Shown one piece after another: positions 29,607 to 40,805 of a stretch of 51,665 nt of DNA (position 1 is its first letter; every line of letters begins with the position of its first letter). Source of the DNA: Terriglobia bacterium (GTDB lineage: Bacteria > Acidobacteriota > Terriglobia > Acidiferrales > 2-02-FULL-67-57). The notes under the pieces are model-generated. The model ran no database searches and had not been told where the DNA came from. It saw nothing but the letters and a program-made list of their open reading frames with translations. The translations under genes were made by a program, and so were the position numbers. Where the stretch lies: positions 1-51,665 of the forward strand of contig JBHIAG010000003.1 in NCBI GenBank assembly GCA_046758465.1. Direction: 5' to 3'.

Positions 29607-30953
29607 ATGGCCGTAGCACTTGAAGGAAAGCTGCCAAAGATAAAGACCGAACTACCCGGACCGGAATCTCGACGGATTCTCGCGCTGGATGAGCGCTACG
29701 TCTCGCCGTCATACACGCGTTCTTATCCGCTGGTGGTGCGTCGGGGGCGGGGCGCGCTGGTTGAAGATATGGACGGCAACGTGTTTCTCGACTTCGCGGC
29801 GGGGATCGCGGTAGTGGCGACAGGACACTGTCACCCCGAGGTCGTGCACGCCATTCAGCAGCAGGCAGAAGAACTTCTGCACATTTCCGCCACCGACTTC
29901 TACGAGCCCCGACTGGTCGAAATGGGTGAAAAAATCCAGCAGATTACCCCTGGGACTTTCCCCAAACGCGTTTTCTTTTCCAACTCCGGGACTGAGGCCA
30001 TCGAAGCCGGCCTAAAGTTGGCACGCTACGCGACGGGGCGCTCCCTCTTCATCGCCTTCCATGGTTGCTTCCACGGGCGCACCTATGGCTCGCTGTCGTT
30101 AACATCGAGCAAGCCGGTGCAGCGGCAGCGGTTCGGGCCCCTGGTGCCCGGCGTCGTGCATGCACCCTTTGCCTATCCCTACCGTTCGCCCTACCCGAAT
30201 GACCCTACAGCCTGTGCGGAGCACGCCCTGAGCTATATTACCGACACGTTGTTCCACACCAGTGTGAACCCGCAGGAAGTTGCGGCCATCGTCGTGGAGC
30301 CGATCCAAGGTGAGGGGGGCTACGTCATACCGCCACGGGAGTTCTTGCAAGGTCTAGAACAAATCTGCCGCGAGCACGGCATTCTGCTGATGGTGGACGA
30401 AGTTCAAACCGGTGTGGGGCGGACTGGGCGGTGGTGGGCGAGCGAGCATTTCGGGATCACCCCCGACATTCTCTGCATCGCCAAAGGCATCGCCTCTGGC
30501 CTCCCGCTGGGACTCACCGTCGCCCGCGCCGACTTGATGACCTGGCCGCCGGGCGCGCATGCCTCGACCTTTGGCGGAAACCCGGTGTCGCTGGCGGCGG
30601 CACTGGCGACGATTCGACTCGTTGAGCAACAGTATGGCGCGAACGCCCAACGCATGGGCGACTACCTCTTGCAGCGCCTGGCCGACTGGCCCGCGCGGCA
30701 TCGGCTGGTGGGGGAGGTGCGCGGCCTGGGGCTGATGATCGCGCTGGAACTGGTGCGCGATCAGAAGAGCAAGGAAATGGCCAAGGCCGAACGTGACCGT
30801 GTGGTGGAAGCCGCGTTCCGTCGTGGCCTGCTCGTGCTCGGTTCAGGCCGCAACGTGCTGCGGCTGATGCCGCCCCTGATCATTGACGTAGAGCAAGCCG
30901 ATTTTGCCCTGCGTCTGCTGGATGAGGTGCTGACCGAGGTGGAGGCCGGCTGA
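29607..30953 (+). CDS. Class III PLP aminotransferase (GabT/ArgD family)
   Basis: SGTEA, FHGRT, EPIQGEGG, DEVQTG, AKG (PLP lysine), STFGGNP. Confidence 0.92.
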   Translation: MAVALEGKLPKIKTELPGPESRRILALDERYVSPSYTRSYPLVVRRGRGALVEDMDGNVFLDFAAGIAVVATGHCHPEVVHAIQQQAEELLHISATDFYEPRLVEMGEKIQQITPGTFPKRVFFSNSGTEAIEAGLKLARYATGRSLFIAFHGCFHGRTYGSLSLTSSKPVQRQRFGPLVPGVVHAPFAYPYRSPYPNDPTACAEHALSYITDTLFHTSVNPQEVAAIVVEPIQGEGGYVIPPREFLQGLEQICREHGILLMVDEVQTGVGRTGRWWASEHFGITPDILCIAKGIASGLPLGLTVARADLMTWPPGAHASTFGGNPVSLAAALATIRLVEQQYGANAQRMGDYLLQRLADWPARHRLVGEVRGLGLMIALELVRDQKSKEMAKAERDRVVEAAFRRGLLVLGSGRNVLRLMPPLIIDVEQADFALRLLDEVLTEVEAG

Positions 30954-30965
30954 GGCGGGCTCACC

Positions 30966-31517
30966 ATGCCTCGTATCCTGGATGTTGGGTGCGGCAAGAA
31001 CAAGTATCCTGGGGCGGTGGGCGTTGACCGCAACCCCGCCACCGACGCCGACCTGCTCTGCGATCTGAGCCGGCCCCCGTATCCTTTCCGTGAATCGAGC
31101 TTCGATGAAATTCGTGCCGTCCACGTGGTTGAGCACTTGGAAGACATCATCAAGTTTATGGAAGAGATGCACCGGCTCTTGCGGCCGGCGGGGCGCCTCT
31201 ATCTGGTTACGCCACACTATACCGACAGTGGGTCGTTTCGCGACCCCACGCACCGCTGGCACCTGAATAGCTTTTCGTTCTACTACTTTACCGAGCCGCG
31301 CGAGTACGGTTTCTATTCTCCGGTGCGCTTCCGCGAACAGCGGGTCGTGGTCCGGCTGCTGCGGCTGTGGCGCTGGCTGGGTGTGGAGTGGCTGGTGAAC
31401 TGTTCGCGCGCCTTCCGCAAGTTTTGGGAGCACTACCTGTGCTTCCTTGTGCGTGGCAAGGAATTGCATTTCTGGTTTGGCGCGCTCAAGCCGGATGAGG
31501 AAGGGAAGCTTTCATGA
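30966..31517 (+). CDS. Class I SAM-dependent methyltransferase, copy 1
   Basis: ILDVGCG, HVVEH, DPTH. Confidence 0.85.
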   Translation: MPRILDVGCGKNKYPGAVGVDRNPATDADLLCDLSRPPYPFRESSFDEIRAVHVVEHLEDIIKFMEEMHRLLRPAGRLYLVTPHYTDSGSFRDPTHRWHLNSFSFYYFTEPREYGFYSPVRFREQRVVVRLLRLWRWLGVEWLVNCSRAFRKFWEHYLCFLVRGKELHFWFGALKPDEEGKLS

Positions 31518-32053
31518 GCGCGGGACGGCGTGCCATCCTTGACGTCGGCTGCGGCCGGGGAAAGTTTCCTGGCGCCATCGGCATTGATCGCAGCCCGGCC
31601 ACTCAGGCTGACGTGATCTGCGATTGGAATCAGGGCTACCCGTTTGCCGAGAGCCAGTTTGACGAGGTGCGGCTGATCCATGTGATCGAAGAGGTAGATG
31701 ATATCCTCGCGACGCTGGCCGAAGTGCACCGGGTAGCGCGGCCGGGCGCGCGCGTGGTCATCGTCACGCCGCATTACAGCGACCACAGCTCCTACTGCAG
31801 CCCCACGCACCGCTGGCACCTCTCCAGCTTTTCTCTGTGGTTCTTCAGCGACAAGCCGCGTGGGTACGACTACTATGCACCGGCAAAGTTTCGCGAGCGG
31901 TGGGTTCACGTGACGCTGCTGCGGCTGTGGCGCTGGCTGGGGTTCGAGTATTTGGTGAACCGGTTCCGCTGGGTGCGGCGTTTCTGGGAGTACTACCTCT
32001 GTTTCGTCATCCGGGGAAAGTACATCACCTTCGAACTGGAAGCGATCAAGTAG
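31514..32053 (+). CDS. Class I SAM-dependent methyltransferase, copy 2 (tandem paralogue)
   Basis: ILDVGCG, HVIEE, SPTH; collinear with copy 1; ATGA overlap. Confidence 0.85.
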   Translation: MSAGRRAILDVGCGRGKFPGAIGIDRSPATQADVICDWNQGYPFAESQFDEVRLIHVIEEVDDILATLAEVHRVARPGARVVIVTPHYSDHSSYCSPTHRWHLSSFSLWFFSDKPRGYDYYAPAKFRERWVHVTLLRLWRWLGFEYLVNRFRWVRRFWEYYLCFVIRGKYITFELEAIK

Positions 32054-32055
32054 CC

Positions 32056-32535
32056 ATGCCGCTGTTTGCTCGCCTGATGTTTGGCGCGTTGAATTATTTT
32101 TCCGCCCGCGGCGGATTGTGCGCCGAAAAGCCCGCCGAGGCAGAAGGCAAGCTAGCGGCACGGCAGACCGGCATTCGCGGTGAGACGTTGGCCTACTGGT
32201 TCCTTCGCCGCCAGGGCTACCTGATGGTGCGACGCAACTACCGCGTCCCTAACCGCCACGGCGAGATCGACCTGATCGGGTGGGACGGCGATGTATTGGC
32301 CTTTGTGGAGGTCAAGACGCGTACGAGTGAAGGGCCGCTGCCGCCGGAAGCTGCGCTTACCGCAGAGAAACGCCAGGAGCTCTGGGCCATGGCGCGTGAA
32401 TACCTTCACCGACGCCAGTTGAAGCGTACGCCCTATCGCTTCGATCTGGTGGCGATTGAAGCCCCGCCGGGGCGCGTTCCTACGGTACGGCTGCACAAAG
32501 GGGCCTTTGGCGAGCGGGGAAGGGTGAAAAGCTAG
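32056..32535 (+). CDS. yraN: YraN-family nuclease (UPF0102)
   Basis: G..GE..A...L...GY....RNYR....GEIDLI...FVEVKTR, RFDLVAI. Confidence 0.9.
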   Translation: MPLFARLMFGALNYFSARGGLCAEKPAEAEGKLAARQTGIRGETLAYWFLRRQGYLMVRRNYRVPNRHGEIDLIGWDGDVLAFVEVKTRTSEGPLPPEAALTAEKRQELWAMAREYLHRRQLKRTPYRFDLVAIEAPPGRVPTVRLHKGAFGERGRVKS

Positions 32536-32608
32536 CCAACACAGCCTGCGATCTGCCATAATGCAACGCGTGTGCTGAGCAGCCCCATCGAAGACGGAGG
32601 AGCAGGAC

Positions 32609-33622
32609 GTGCCCGAACTGCGCAAGGACCCGATCATCGGACGCTGGGTGATTATTGCCACCGAACGCGCCAAGCGCCCCTTGGAGTTTGTGCGCGATCC
32701 GGTGAAGTCGCCTCCGACCAGCTTCTGTCCCTTCTGCTATGGCCACGAAGACAAGACTCCGCCTGAGCTCCTCGCCCAACGGAGTAACGGGACTCTACCG
32801 GACACCCCGGGCTGGGGCTTGCGCGTGGTGCCGAACAAGTTCCCGGCACTCGGGATCGAGGGGGCATTGGATCGGCAGGGCGAGGGTCTGTTCGACAAAA
32901 TGAACGGAATCGGCGCCCACGAGGTCATCATCGAAACGCCCGACCACGAGGCGGCCCTGGCGAGCCTTTCGCAGAAGCGGATCGAAGACGTGCTTTGGGC
33001 TTACCGCGACCGGATGGTGGATTTGAAGAAGGACAAGCGCTTTAAATATGTGATGATCTTCAAAAACTACGGTGAAGTGGCTGGCGCTACCTTTTCCCAC
33101 GGCCATTCCCAACTCATCGCTTTGCCCATCGTGCCCAAGCGCGTGCGGGAGGAAGTGGATGGCGCCAAGCAGTACTACATGATGAAGGAGCGGTGTATCT
33201 TTTGCGACTTGATCCGCCAGGAACGCCAGAGCGGGGTGCGCGTGGTGGACGAAAACGAGCACTTCATCACGCTGTCACCCTACGCCGCGCGCTTTCCGTT
33301 TGAAACCTGGATTCTGCCCAAGCACCACGCTGCTGCCTTTGAGGACGCCGCCGCCTCCGTTTACGAGCACCTGGCGAAGGCCCTCAAAGGCTTGTTGCAG
33401 CGTATTGACAAACTTCTCGACCAGCCTCCTTACAACTACGTCATTCACACCAGCCCGGTGCACGAAGACACAGAGGCGTTCTTTCACTGGCACATCGAGC
33501 TTATGCCCCGGCTGAGCAAGGTAGCGGGCTTTGAGTGGGGGACGGGATTTTACATCAATCCCACTCCGCCAGAACACTCGGCCCAGTGCCTGCGGGATAC
33601 TGGAGTCGCGGCCGCGCCCTAG
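32609..33622 (+). CDS. galT: Galactose-1-phosphate uridylyltransferase family (GalT-like)
   Basis: ELRKDP, CPFC, NKFPAL, HEVIIETP, HGHSQ (HxHxQ), HWHIE. Confidence 0.9.
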   Translation: MPELRKDPIIGRWVIIATERAKRPLEFVRDPVKSPPTSFCPFCYGHEDKTPPELLAQRSNGTLPDTPGWGLRVVPNKFPALGIEGALDRQGEGLFDKMNGIGAHEVIIETPDHEAALASLSQKRIEDVLWAYRDRMVDLKKDKRFKYVMIFKNYGEVAGATFSHGHSQLIALPIVPKRVREEVDGAKQYYMMKERCIFCDLIRQERQSGVRVVDENEHFITLSPYAARFPFETWILPKHHAAAFEDAAASVYEHLAKALKGLLQRIDKLLDQPPYNYVIHTSPVHEDTEAFFHWHIELMPRLSKVAGFEWGTGFYINPTPPEHSAQCLRDTGVAAAP

Positions 33623-33687
33623 TTTGGCTTTCCGATTCGTCTCCGGTTCTGGCCAATTCCTGCTGATTTGGCTACACTAAATCGTGA

Positions 33688-33764
33688 GGCGCGGTACCCA
33701 AGTGGCCTAAGGGAGAGGTCTGCAAAACCTCCATTCGTGGGTTCGAATCCCACCCGCGCCTCCA
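33688..33764 (+). tRNA. tRNA-Cys (GCA)
   Basis: GGCGCGG/CCGCGCC acceptor stem, GAGGT-CTGCAAA-ACCTC anticodon arm, GGTTCGAATCC T-loop, U discriminator and encoded CCA. Confidence 0.97.
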
Positions 33765-33871
33765 GCTTGTTCCTGCTGGTTCATTGCATTGCCACCCTAC
33801 ACGGTGCTGAAGACCAGGGGGCACCCAGGCGCTTCTAGCTCGCCGGTTGGGCGCAATCGCATAGGCATTAT

Positions 33872-35980
33872 TTATCTCGGCGTCGCATCGGGAAGACCAC
33901 CATCCACCGGGATGGTGGCGCCTGTGGTCGGCGTCTGTCGGGTGGCAAAGAAGAGCACGGCTTTGGCCACATGGGTGGCTGTTATCTTCGCTTTTAGTAA
34001 ATTTCGATTGCGGTAGTATTCTTCGAGACCCTCTGCATCCAAACCACGAGCCCGCATGCGTTCCGGACCCACTTCTGCCCACAAGCTGGACTTGCGGGGC
34101 CCGTGGGAAAATACAGCATCAGGAGCTACCATGTTTACCCGTACACCGATCTCCGCCAATTCTAAACTCGCGACACGTGCCAACTGATGGGCGGCCGCTT
34201 TGGTGGCACTGTAGGCACCAAATTTTGCACCAGGAGCAAACACATTCTTGGTGGAGACCACCACGATGTCCCCGCCTGTCCCCTGGAGTTTAAAATGGCG
34301 CGCCGCTTCACTCAGAGTATGAAGTGTTCCCTCCACATTGACTCGCTCCAATCTCCGGAAAGACTCTGCGCTCATTTCTGCGAGGGAAGACACTAAGGCT
34401 AGGCCCGCATTCACCACTAGCAAGTCTACCCCGCCCCAAGTCTGGATTACGGCCTCAAACGCATGGGCTACCGAGTCCGGATCAGTCACATCAAGTGGAA
34501 CCCCTATCACACGATCGCCAAACGTTGTTTTCAGTTCGGCGACGACGCTGTCTAGGTTTTCGCCTGCCAAATCCGTAACCGCCACATGACATCCCTGTTG
34601 CAAAAGCTCCTGCGAAATCCCGGAACCGATGGCTCCGGCTGCGCCTGTGATCAGCGCCACGTGATGCGCCAAAGGCAGTTCTGAGTCCCGTGCGAGCTTG
34701 GCATGTTGGAGACTACGATATTCCATATCAAAGAGCTCGCTTTCGGACAATCCCAGGTAAGTCCCCATGGCAGCCACGCGGGACTTGATGGCTAACGTAT
34801 GGGCTGTGATATCCCGAACGATTTTGCAAGCCGAAACATCCTTGCCGGCGCAGAGTGCACCCAATCCTGGCATGAGAATCACCCGGGGGAGAGAATCAAA
34901 GCGAACCACCCCGCTGGGCATGCGCGCCGAGTGCCTTTTTATATAAGCATCATATTTTGCCGAATAGTCGCTAACTGCCTTGGAGATTTGCTGGCGCAGC
35001 TTCGTGAGGTCGTCATATTGGGGGTCGTCAATCCACAGAGGCAGGGCTTTAGTCCGAATCAAGTGATCCGAGGTGAGGGGTGGGGAGAGAGCGAGAGATT
35101 TACCCCGATCCGAATTTACAAAATCGAGGAGCTGTCGATTTATCAGCGGTTGAAGAATAACACGAAGATCCGGTTTATCCGCGTCTCCTGTAGGCTGTGC
35201 CAACAGGCCGCGGACGACGGGTGCTACCCGAATCACTCTCTCTCTCGCGGTTGCGAGGGAGGTAGGTTCGAGAACTATTAAGGGATGGGAGTACCTTTTG
35301 GCCAAATAGTCCTCTGCCTTGCTCACCAATGCAATGGTTGTTTCGTAGGATTCGCGTGCCGTATTACCCCAGGTCACCAACCCATGGCACATCCAGACCA
35401 TGGCCTTGCTCTTGGGGTTTACTTCAAAAGCAGCCGCAGCGGCTTTAGCCAGCTTGAATCCCGGTTCGACGTATTCCAGAACAATAACATCTTCCCCCAG
35501 AGCCTTGTTTACTAGCTTTGCGCCTTCGGGCTGATTGGTGAGGGCCAAGATGGCATCGGCATGGGTGTGATCAATGTATTTTGGTGGCAGGAACGCATGG
35601 ACTAACGTTTCGACGGAGGGAGTGGGGGCACGAGAATCGAACAGGTGGGTACGGAATTCATTGACCATGGCTGCGTCAGAAAGCTCTGGGAGAGCTCGCA
35701 ACTTCTTCAAATACGCAAGGTCCAAAGCGGGATGTCCATCGGGTTCGATGACCAGCATATCGTGTCCGGAGGCCTTGACAAAGATGGCCGGGATAGCTTC
35801 ACCCAGAACGTTGGTGCACACACTCTTGACGGAAGTGTTTCCCCCACCATGAAGAACCAGACTGCCTTCTGCGCTGAGCAAGCGGGCGGAGTAGGTTCGC
35901 AGGGCTAAGTCTTCTCCCCATTTTGCTCCATACTTTCTGAGAAATTCAGTGGCTTCGTCTTCTGACCATCTGGTTTGCAT
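33872..35980 (-). CDS. Bifunctional class II aldolase / short-chain dehydrogenase (RhaD/YuxG-like)
   Basis: GGGNTSVK, KASG, PSVET..HA, DHTHAD, CHG; then TGAAGAIG, NAG, YSATK, VDGG; GGAGG RBS before MQTRWS. Confidence 0.9.
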   Translation of the reverse strand: MQTRWSEDEATEFLRKYGAKWGEDLALRTYSARLLSAEGSLVLHGGGNTSVKSVCTNVLGEAIPAIFVKASGHDMLVIEPDGHPALDLAYLKKLRALPELSDAAMVNEFRTHLFDSRAPTPSVETLVHAFLPPKYIDHTHADAILALTNQPEGAKLVNKALGEDVIVLEYVEPGFKLAKAAAAAFEVNPKSKAMVWMCHGLVTWGNTARESYETTIALVSKAEDYLAKRYSHPLIVLEPTSLATARERVIRVAPVVRGLLAQPTGDADKPDLRVILQPLINRQLLDFVNSDRGKSLALSPPLTSDHLIRTKALPLWIDDPQYDDLTKLRQQISKAVSDYSAKYDAYIKRHSARMPSGVVRFDSLPRVILMPGLGALCAGKDVSACKIVRDITAHTLAIKSRVAAMGTYLGLSESELFDMEYRSLQHAKLARDSELPLAHHVALITGAAGAIGSGISQELLQQGCHVAVTDLAGENLDSVVAELKTTFGDRVIGVPLDVTDPDSVAHAFEAVIQTWGGVDLLVVNAGLALVSSLAEMSAESFRRLERVNVEGTLHTLSEAARHFKLQGTGGDIVVVSTKNVFAPGAKFGAYSATKAAAHQLARVASLELAEIGVRVNMVAPDAVFSHGPRKSSLWAEVGPERMRARGLDAEGLEEYYRNRNLLKAKITATHVAKAVLFFATRQTPTTGATIPVDGGLPDATPR

Positions 35981-36200
35981 ATCTCTACCTACCTCCGACT
36001 CGCCCGGCTGAAGGGATTTAGCAAAAGCCTCGTTTTTCCTGCTGTGCTGATTATGTTCCGCGTCGGGGAGTATCAAGAGGCATACAATAGGAAGCTCTCA
36101 TTGTGCATTTTCGGTTACGACAGGTCGGGAGTACGTATTCCGACACAAACGGTGGAAGACCATGCGCGCAGGAGCTGTGAACTGGTGTACTCTGGCATCC

Positions 36201-37109
36201 TTAACCCCTTTTCCCCGCATACATCTCTTTCTTCTCATTCTTCAGGGTCTGATAGAGGTCAAATGCGTCTTTCGGTGCCATGAGCTCGTGAACCACCTTC
36301 CCTACAGCTTGGATCATGGCTTTGGGTGCCTCGGACTGGAAGACATTTCGGCCCATATCCACTCCCGCGGCTCCCTCATTGACCGCGCGGTAGGCTATGG
36401 TGAGGGCATCCAGTTCTGGGATCTTTTTTCCTCCCGCCATCACGATGGGAACGGGGCAGGAAGCCGTGACGGTTTCGAACCCGTCGGGAACGTAGTAGGT
36501 CTTCACAAAATGCGCACCCAGCTCCGCGCAAATTCTGCAGGCGAGGCGCAAATATTTTGCATCCCGAGTCATATTCTTGCCCACCGCGGTCACGCCCAAA
36601 ATGGGAATGCCATAGCGATTTCCTAGATCCACGAGGCGAGTCATGTTATGCACAGTCTGGGATTCGAACTCACCTCCGATGAAGACTTGTACGGCCAGCG
36701 CTGCGACATTGAGCCGAACCGCATCCTCGATCTCCACCGCAATCTGTTCGTTGGAGAGTTCCTTGAGTATGCTCGGGCCTCCGCTGGCCCTCAGCACGAT
36801 GGCTTTGGTGAAAGCTGAGGGAATGGTTGTCCGTAAGATGCCGCGGGTCAGCATCAGGGCATCCGCAAAAGGCAGCAAGGGCACGATGTTTACATCAATA
36901 CGTTCCAAACCGGTGGTGGGTCCCTGGAAGTATCCGTGATCGATGGCCAGCATGAGCGTACGGCCAGACCCGGGGTCGAAGATCCGCGCTAGCCGATTTT
37001 GCATTCCCCAATCCAGGGCATTTGAGCCCTTGAGAAAAAAGGGCTCATTTTTCACAGGAACATCTAGGTAAAAATCTTTCGCCTCTTTCTCCCTGTCGAT
37101 GTCAGGCAT
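36201..37109 (-). CDS. lsrF: 3-hydroxy-5-phosphonooxypentane-2,4-dione thiolase (class I aldolase fold)
   Basis: [48 protein letters not shown]. Confidence 0.93.
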   Translation of the reverse strand: MPDIDREKEAKDFYLDVPVKNEPFFLKGSNALDWGMQNRLARIFDPGSGRTLMLAIDHGYFQGPTTGLERIDVNIVPLLPFADALMLTRGILRTTIPSAFTKAIVLRASGGPSILKELSNEQIAVEIEDAVRLNVAALAVQVFIGGEFESQTVHNMTRLVDLGNRYGIPILGVTAVGKNMTRDAKYLRLACRICAELGAHFVKTYYVPDGFETVTASCPVPIVMAGGKKIPELDALTIAYRAVNEGAAGVDMGRNVFQSEAPKAMIQAVGKVVHELMAPKDAFDLYQTLKNEKKEMYAGKRG

Positions 37110-37297
37110 GGTGTCTTTTCCTTGCAGTTTCCTTTGTGTAATTGGGGTTTGACATTTTGGTTGGCAGCCATCATAGGCCGCGGTCGCAGACAGGTCAAGG
37201 CGGAATGGGCAAGTCGCGTTCTGGCTCGCTGTGCGCGGGGAGGCAGGCCGCCCTTCGGGGAGCCTCCTGGATGCGGCGTGCCCCCCAGGGCTACGGC

Positions 37298-38731
37298 TCA
37301 CCGGGGCAAGACTTTTTCCTCTTGCTCGGAGTCGCTCTCGGCGAGAAGACGATAGAGCGTGGCACGACTAATCCCGAGGACCTCGGCCGCCTGGACTTTG
37401 TTTCCTTCGACGCGCTCGAGGACGCGCCGTACGTGGCGGCGCGCGAGGGCGTCGAGCGGAAGTAAGTCCTCGTCCTCACCCTGTGTGTACGCTGAGTGGT
37501 TGCGGAGGCGCTGGGGGAGATCCCCTACGTCAATGGTGTTTCCCGTGACCATCATGCAGGCATTGCCGAGAACGTTTTCCAGCTCCCGCACATTGCCGGG
37601 CCAGGGATAGCGCACGAGCAGAGCCTGGGCGCGGCGGGTAATGCCGCGAATGGGTTTATTGTATTCGGCGGCGAAGCGTTGCACAAAGTGGCGCGCCAGC
37701 AGGGGTAGATCCTCCTTGCGCTCGGCCAGTCGCGGCAGCGAGATTTCCACCCGGGAGAGCCGGTAGTAGAGGTCGTCGCGAAATTTCTTTTCTGCCATGA
37801 GAGCGCGCAGGTCACGATTGGTGGCTACGATCACCCGTACATCCACGGTGCGCACCGCGGGAGACCCGACGCGCTGAATTTCCTGGTTCTCCAAGACCCG
37901 TAGGAGTTTGGCCTGCGTTGCTAGGGGCATGTCACTGATTTCGTCCAGCAACAAGGTGCCGCCGTGCGCGTATTCGAACAGCCCGATCTTGTCTTGCGTG
38001 GCCCCGGTAAACGCGCCTTTGACATAGCCGAACAACTCGCTCTCGAAAAGGGTTTCAACGATGGCGCAACAATTGCACACGGCAAAGGTACCCGCGGCGG
38101 CAGGACTCAGCCGGTGCAGCGCTCGCGCCACCAACTCCTTTCCGGTTCCCGTGGCCCCGGTGACCAGGACTGTCCGAAAATGGGGCGCCAAGCGGCGAAT
38201 GCGGGCGAACACGTCCAGCATCAGGGGGCTGCGGCCCACGATGCCTTCAAACTGGGAGACCTCGAGGAGTTCTCGATCGAGCTGCCAGTGGCGGTGACGC
38301 TGGCGAGCGTCTGCCACCAATTTGTCAATGCGTTGGCGCAGTCTCTCTACCGAAAGCGGCTTGTTCAGGTAGTCGCAGGCGCCTTTCTGGATCGCCTCCA
38401 CCGCAGATTCGGTGGAATAGTAAGCTGTCATCAGGATCACATCTATGCCGGGATCGACCTCGACGATCCGTTCTAACACTTCCATCCCACCGAGCTTGGG
38501 CATCACCAAGTCGAGGAGGACGATCTGCGGGCGCTTGCGGAATACTAACTCCAGGCCGCTCTCGGGATCCGTTGTCATAAGAATTTCTAGCCCCGCTTGG
38601 GCCAAGGCGGCCGTAATGAGTTCAAGAGTCTGCAGCTCGTCATCAATCGCCACCAGCGTAACGGTAAATTCATCCGGTGATCGCGAGCGCAGAGTTCGAG
38701 TTGCTACTTCTCTAGTCAAGGAACTGTTCAA
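37298..38731 (-). CDS. Sigma-54-dependent response regulator (REC-AAA+-Fis HTH); start uncertain
   Basis: [55 protein letters not shown]. Confidence 0.93.
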   Translation of the reverse strand: MNSSLTREVATRTLRSRSPDEFTVTLVAIDDELQTLELITAALAQAGLEILMTTDPESGLELVFRKRPQIVLLDLVMPKLGGMEVLERIVEVDPGIDVILMTAYYSTESAVEAIQKGACDYLNKPLSVERLRQRIDKLVADARQRHRHWQLDRELLEVSQFEGIVGRSPLMLDVFARIRRLAPHFRTVLVTGATGTGKELVARALHRLSPAAAGTFAVCNCCAIVETLFESELFGYVKGAFTGATQDKIGLFEYAHGGTLLLDEISDMPLATQAKLLRVLENQEIQRVGSPAVRTVDVRVIVATNRDLRALMAEKKFRDDLYYRLSRVEISLPRLAERKEDLPLLARHFVQRFAAEYNKPIRGITRRAQALLVRYPWPGNVRELENVLGNACMMVTGNTIDVGDLPQRLRNHSAYTQGEDEDLLPLDALARRHVRRVLERVEGNKVQAAEVLGISRATLYRLLAESDSEQEEKVLPR

Positions 38732-39074
38732 TCTGTGTTTTCAGCGCGGCGGCATCAATGGGTTTGGCGATGTAGCCATCGAAACCGGCTGCCAGCACCT
38801 TCTCTCGATCGCCCTGCATGGCGTAGGCCGTGAGCGCCAGCACCGGAAGGGCCGCTAAGCAAGGGTTCTGGCGGAGCTGGCGCAGCACGGTAAAGCCATC
38901 CAAGCGCGGCATCTGGAGGTCCAGAAGAACCAGGTCGGGGTGTATCTCCTCGGCCTTCTGCAGCGCTTCGCGTCCATCGCATGCTTCGACCACTTGGCAG
39001 CCCCCTCTCTGGAAGATTTCCGCGAGCAATTCCCGGCTGGCCGAGTCGTCTTCCGCAACCAGAATCTTCCACAT
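38712..39074 (-). CDS. Stand-alone receiver (DivK-like)
   Basis: VAEDD, LLDLQMP, ALTAYAMQGD, AKP. Confidence 0.9.
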   Translation of the reverse strand: MWKILVAEDDSASRELLAEIFQRGGCQVVEACDGREALQKAEEIHPDLVLLDLQMPRLDGFTVLRQLRQNPCLAALPVLALTAYAMQGDREKVLAAGFDGYIAKPIDAAALKTQIEQFLD

Positions 39075-39124
39075 GATTGGTACGGCGCGTCCCACGAAGC
39101 CGCGACGAGATTAGGGTTTCTCGG

Positions 39125-40792
39125 TCAGCGGTGAAAATCCATCCCCCGCGGCAGGGTGAAAGTGAAGCGGCTGCCTTTGCCCGGCTCGCTCTCCACCCAG
39201 ATTTTCCCTTGGTGCGCTTCCACCAGACGGCGGGTGATGGTCAACCCCAGGCCGGTTCCTTCTTTCACGCCCGTGGTGGTAGTTCCCACCTGATGAAACT
39301 CGCTGAAAATCGCGTTTTGCTCTTCGCGGGGGATTCCCACTCCCGTGTCGCTGACTGAGATGCACACGCAGTTATCTTTCAGCGACGACTCGATGCGCGC
39401 TCGGCCTCCCTCGGGGGTGAACTTGACCGCGTTGCTGAGCAGGTTGGAGAGAATCTGTTTGACACGCGCAGGATCTGCATCCACGTAGAGTCCGGGTTCC
39501 ACTGCATTCTCCATCCGAATATTCTTGCTGCTGGCCAGCTGGTGGATATCGGACAACGCCTCCGGCACGAGGTCTGCCAGGGCGAAGTGTTCAGGGTGCA
39601 ATTCAAGATGGCCGGTTTCAATCCTGGAGAGATCCAGAATATCGTTAATGAGCGCCAGGAGGTGGTGCGCGCCCTTGCGAACGTGGCCTACGTAGCGCTT
39701 CTGCTTTTCATTGAGTGGGCCGGGTCTCTCTTCCGCCAGCAACTCGGAGAAGCCGCTAATTGCGTTCAGCGAGCTGCGCAGCTCGTGACTCACGCTGGCC
39801 AGGAATTGGCTCTTGAGCTGATTGGCGCGCTGGGCTTCGCGCGTGCGCAGCTCCAGTTCTTTGTTGATGTCCGCCAGTTCAGCCGTGCGTTCCGCGACAC
39901 GCTGTTCGAGTTCCTCGTTGAGCTTGCGGAGTTCTTCCTCGGCCTGCTTGCGCTCGGTGATGTCGAACATCACGCCTTCCAAGGCCACCAGCTGGCCCTG
40001 GTCGTCGAACACGCCGCGACCAAAGTCCTCGATCCACTTTTCGACTCGCGCGCGGGGCTGGAGGCGGTATTGGAGGCAAAAGAAGGTGCGGGCGGCGACG
40101 GCGTCCTGGACTTGGCTGCAGATACGCTGGCGGTCGTCAGGGTGGATGAGTTGGGCGAAGACGGTGCGGTGTTCGACCAAGCTGGCGGCGGCATAGCCGG
40201 TGAGTTCCTGGGCCTGTTCGCTGGCGAACTCCAGGGTGCGGTCGCGGTCGTGGCCGCAGCGGTAGACCATGGCGGGGATGTTTTGCACCAGGGTTTGGAA
40301 GCGGCGGTGCTCTTCGCGCAGGGCCAGTTCGGCGTGGCGGCGCTCCTGGCGGAGGTGGTGCTCGGCCAGGGCTTGCTCGACGGCGATGGGGAGGCGGCCC
40401 AAGCGGTCTTTGAGAACGTAGTCGGAGACGCCCTTCTTGATGCACTCGATGGCAGCCTCATCGCCCAGGGCAGCGGTGACCAGGATGAAAGGAATATCGC
40501 GGCCGGATTGCTGAAGAATTTCCAGGGCGTCCATGCCGGTCCAGGGGCCGAGGTTATAGTCGGCGAGGATGACATCGTAGTCGGCCTCCTGGAGGCGTCG
40601 TGTGAAGGCCTCGGGGGTATCGGCCAGGTTGTGGGTCACGCGATGGTGAGCGCGGCGGAGGGTGTGGAGGACGAGTTCGGCATCGGCAGGGTTGTCTTCG
40701 AGGATGAGGACACGTAGAGCGTAGCCGGACGTCTCTCGCTGCGCCGTGGGAATCGGGCCGACTGAGTTTTTTCGCTGCGCGATGGGGACCAT
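39125..40792 (-). CDS. Hybrid kinase REC-PAS-HisKA-HATPase
   Basis: LEDN..D and ADY receiver; IHPDD PAS; SHELRSSL H-box (canonical TP replaced by SS); NAVKFT, DTGVG, GTGLGL; AGGAG RBS. Confidence 0.92.
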   Translation of the reverse strand: MVPIAQRKNSVGPIPTAQRETSGYALRVLILEDNPADAELVLHTLRRAHHRVTHNLADTPEAFTRRLQEADYDVILADYNLGPWTGMDALEILQQSGRDIPFILVTAALGDEAAIECIKKGVSDYVLKDRLGRLPIAVEQALAEHHLRQERRHAELALREEHRRFQTLVQNIPAMVYRCGHDRDRTLEFASEQAQELTGYAAASLVEHRTVFAQLIHPDDRQRICSQVQDAVAARTFFCLQYRLQPRARVEKWIEDFGRGVFDDQGQLVALEGVMFDITERKQAEEELRKLNEELEQRVAERTAELADINKELELRTREAQRANQLKSQFLASVSHELRSSLNAISGFSELLAEERPGPLNEKQKRYVGHVRKGAHHLLALINDILDLSRIETGHLELHPEHFALADLVPEALSDIHQLASSKNIRMENAVEPGLYVDADPARVKQILSNLLSNAVKFTPEGGRARIESSLKDNCVCISVSDTGVGIPREEQNAIFSEFHQVGTTTTGVKEGTGLGLTITRRLVEAHQGKIWVESEPGKGSRFTFTLPRGMDFHR

Positions 40793-40805
40793 GGCGTTGC
40801 TCCTG

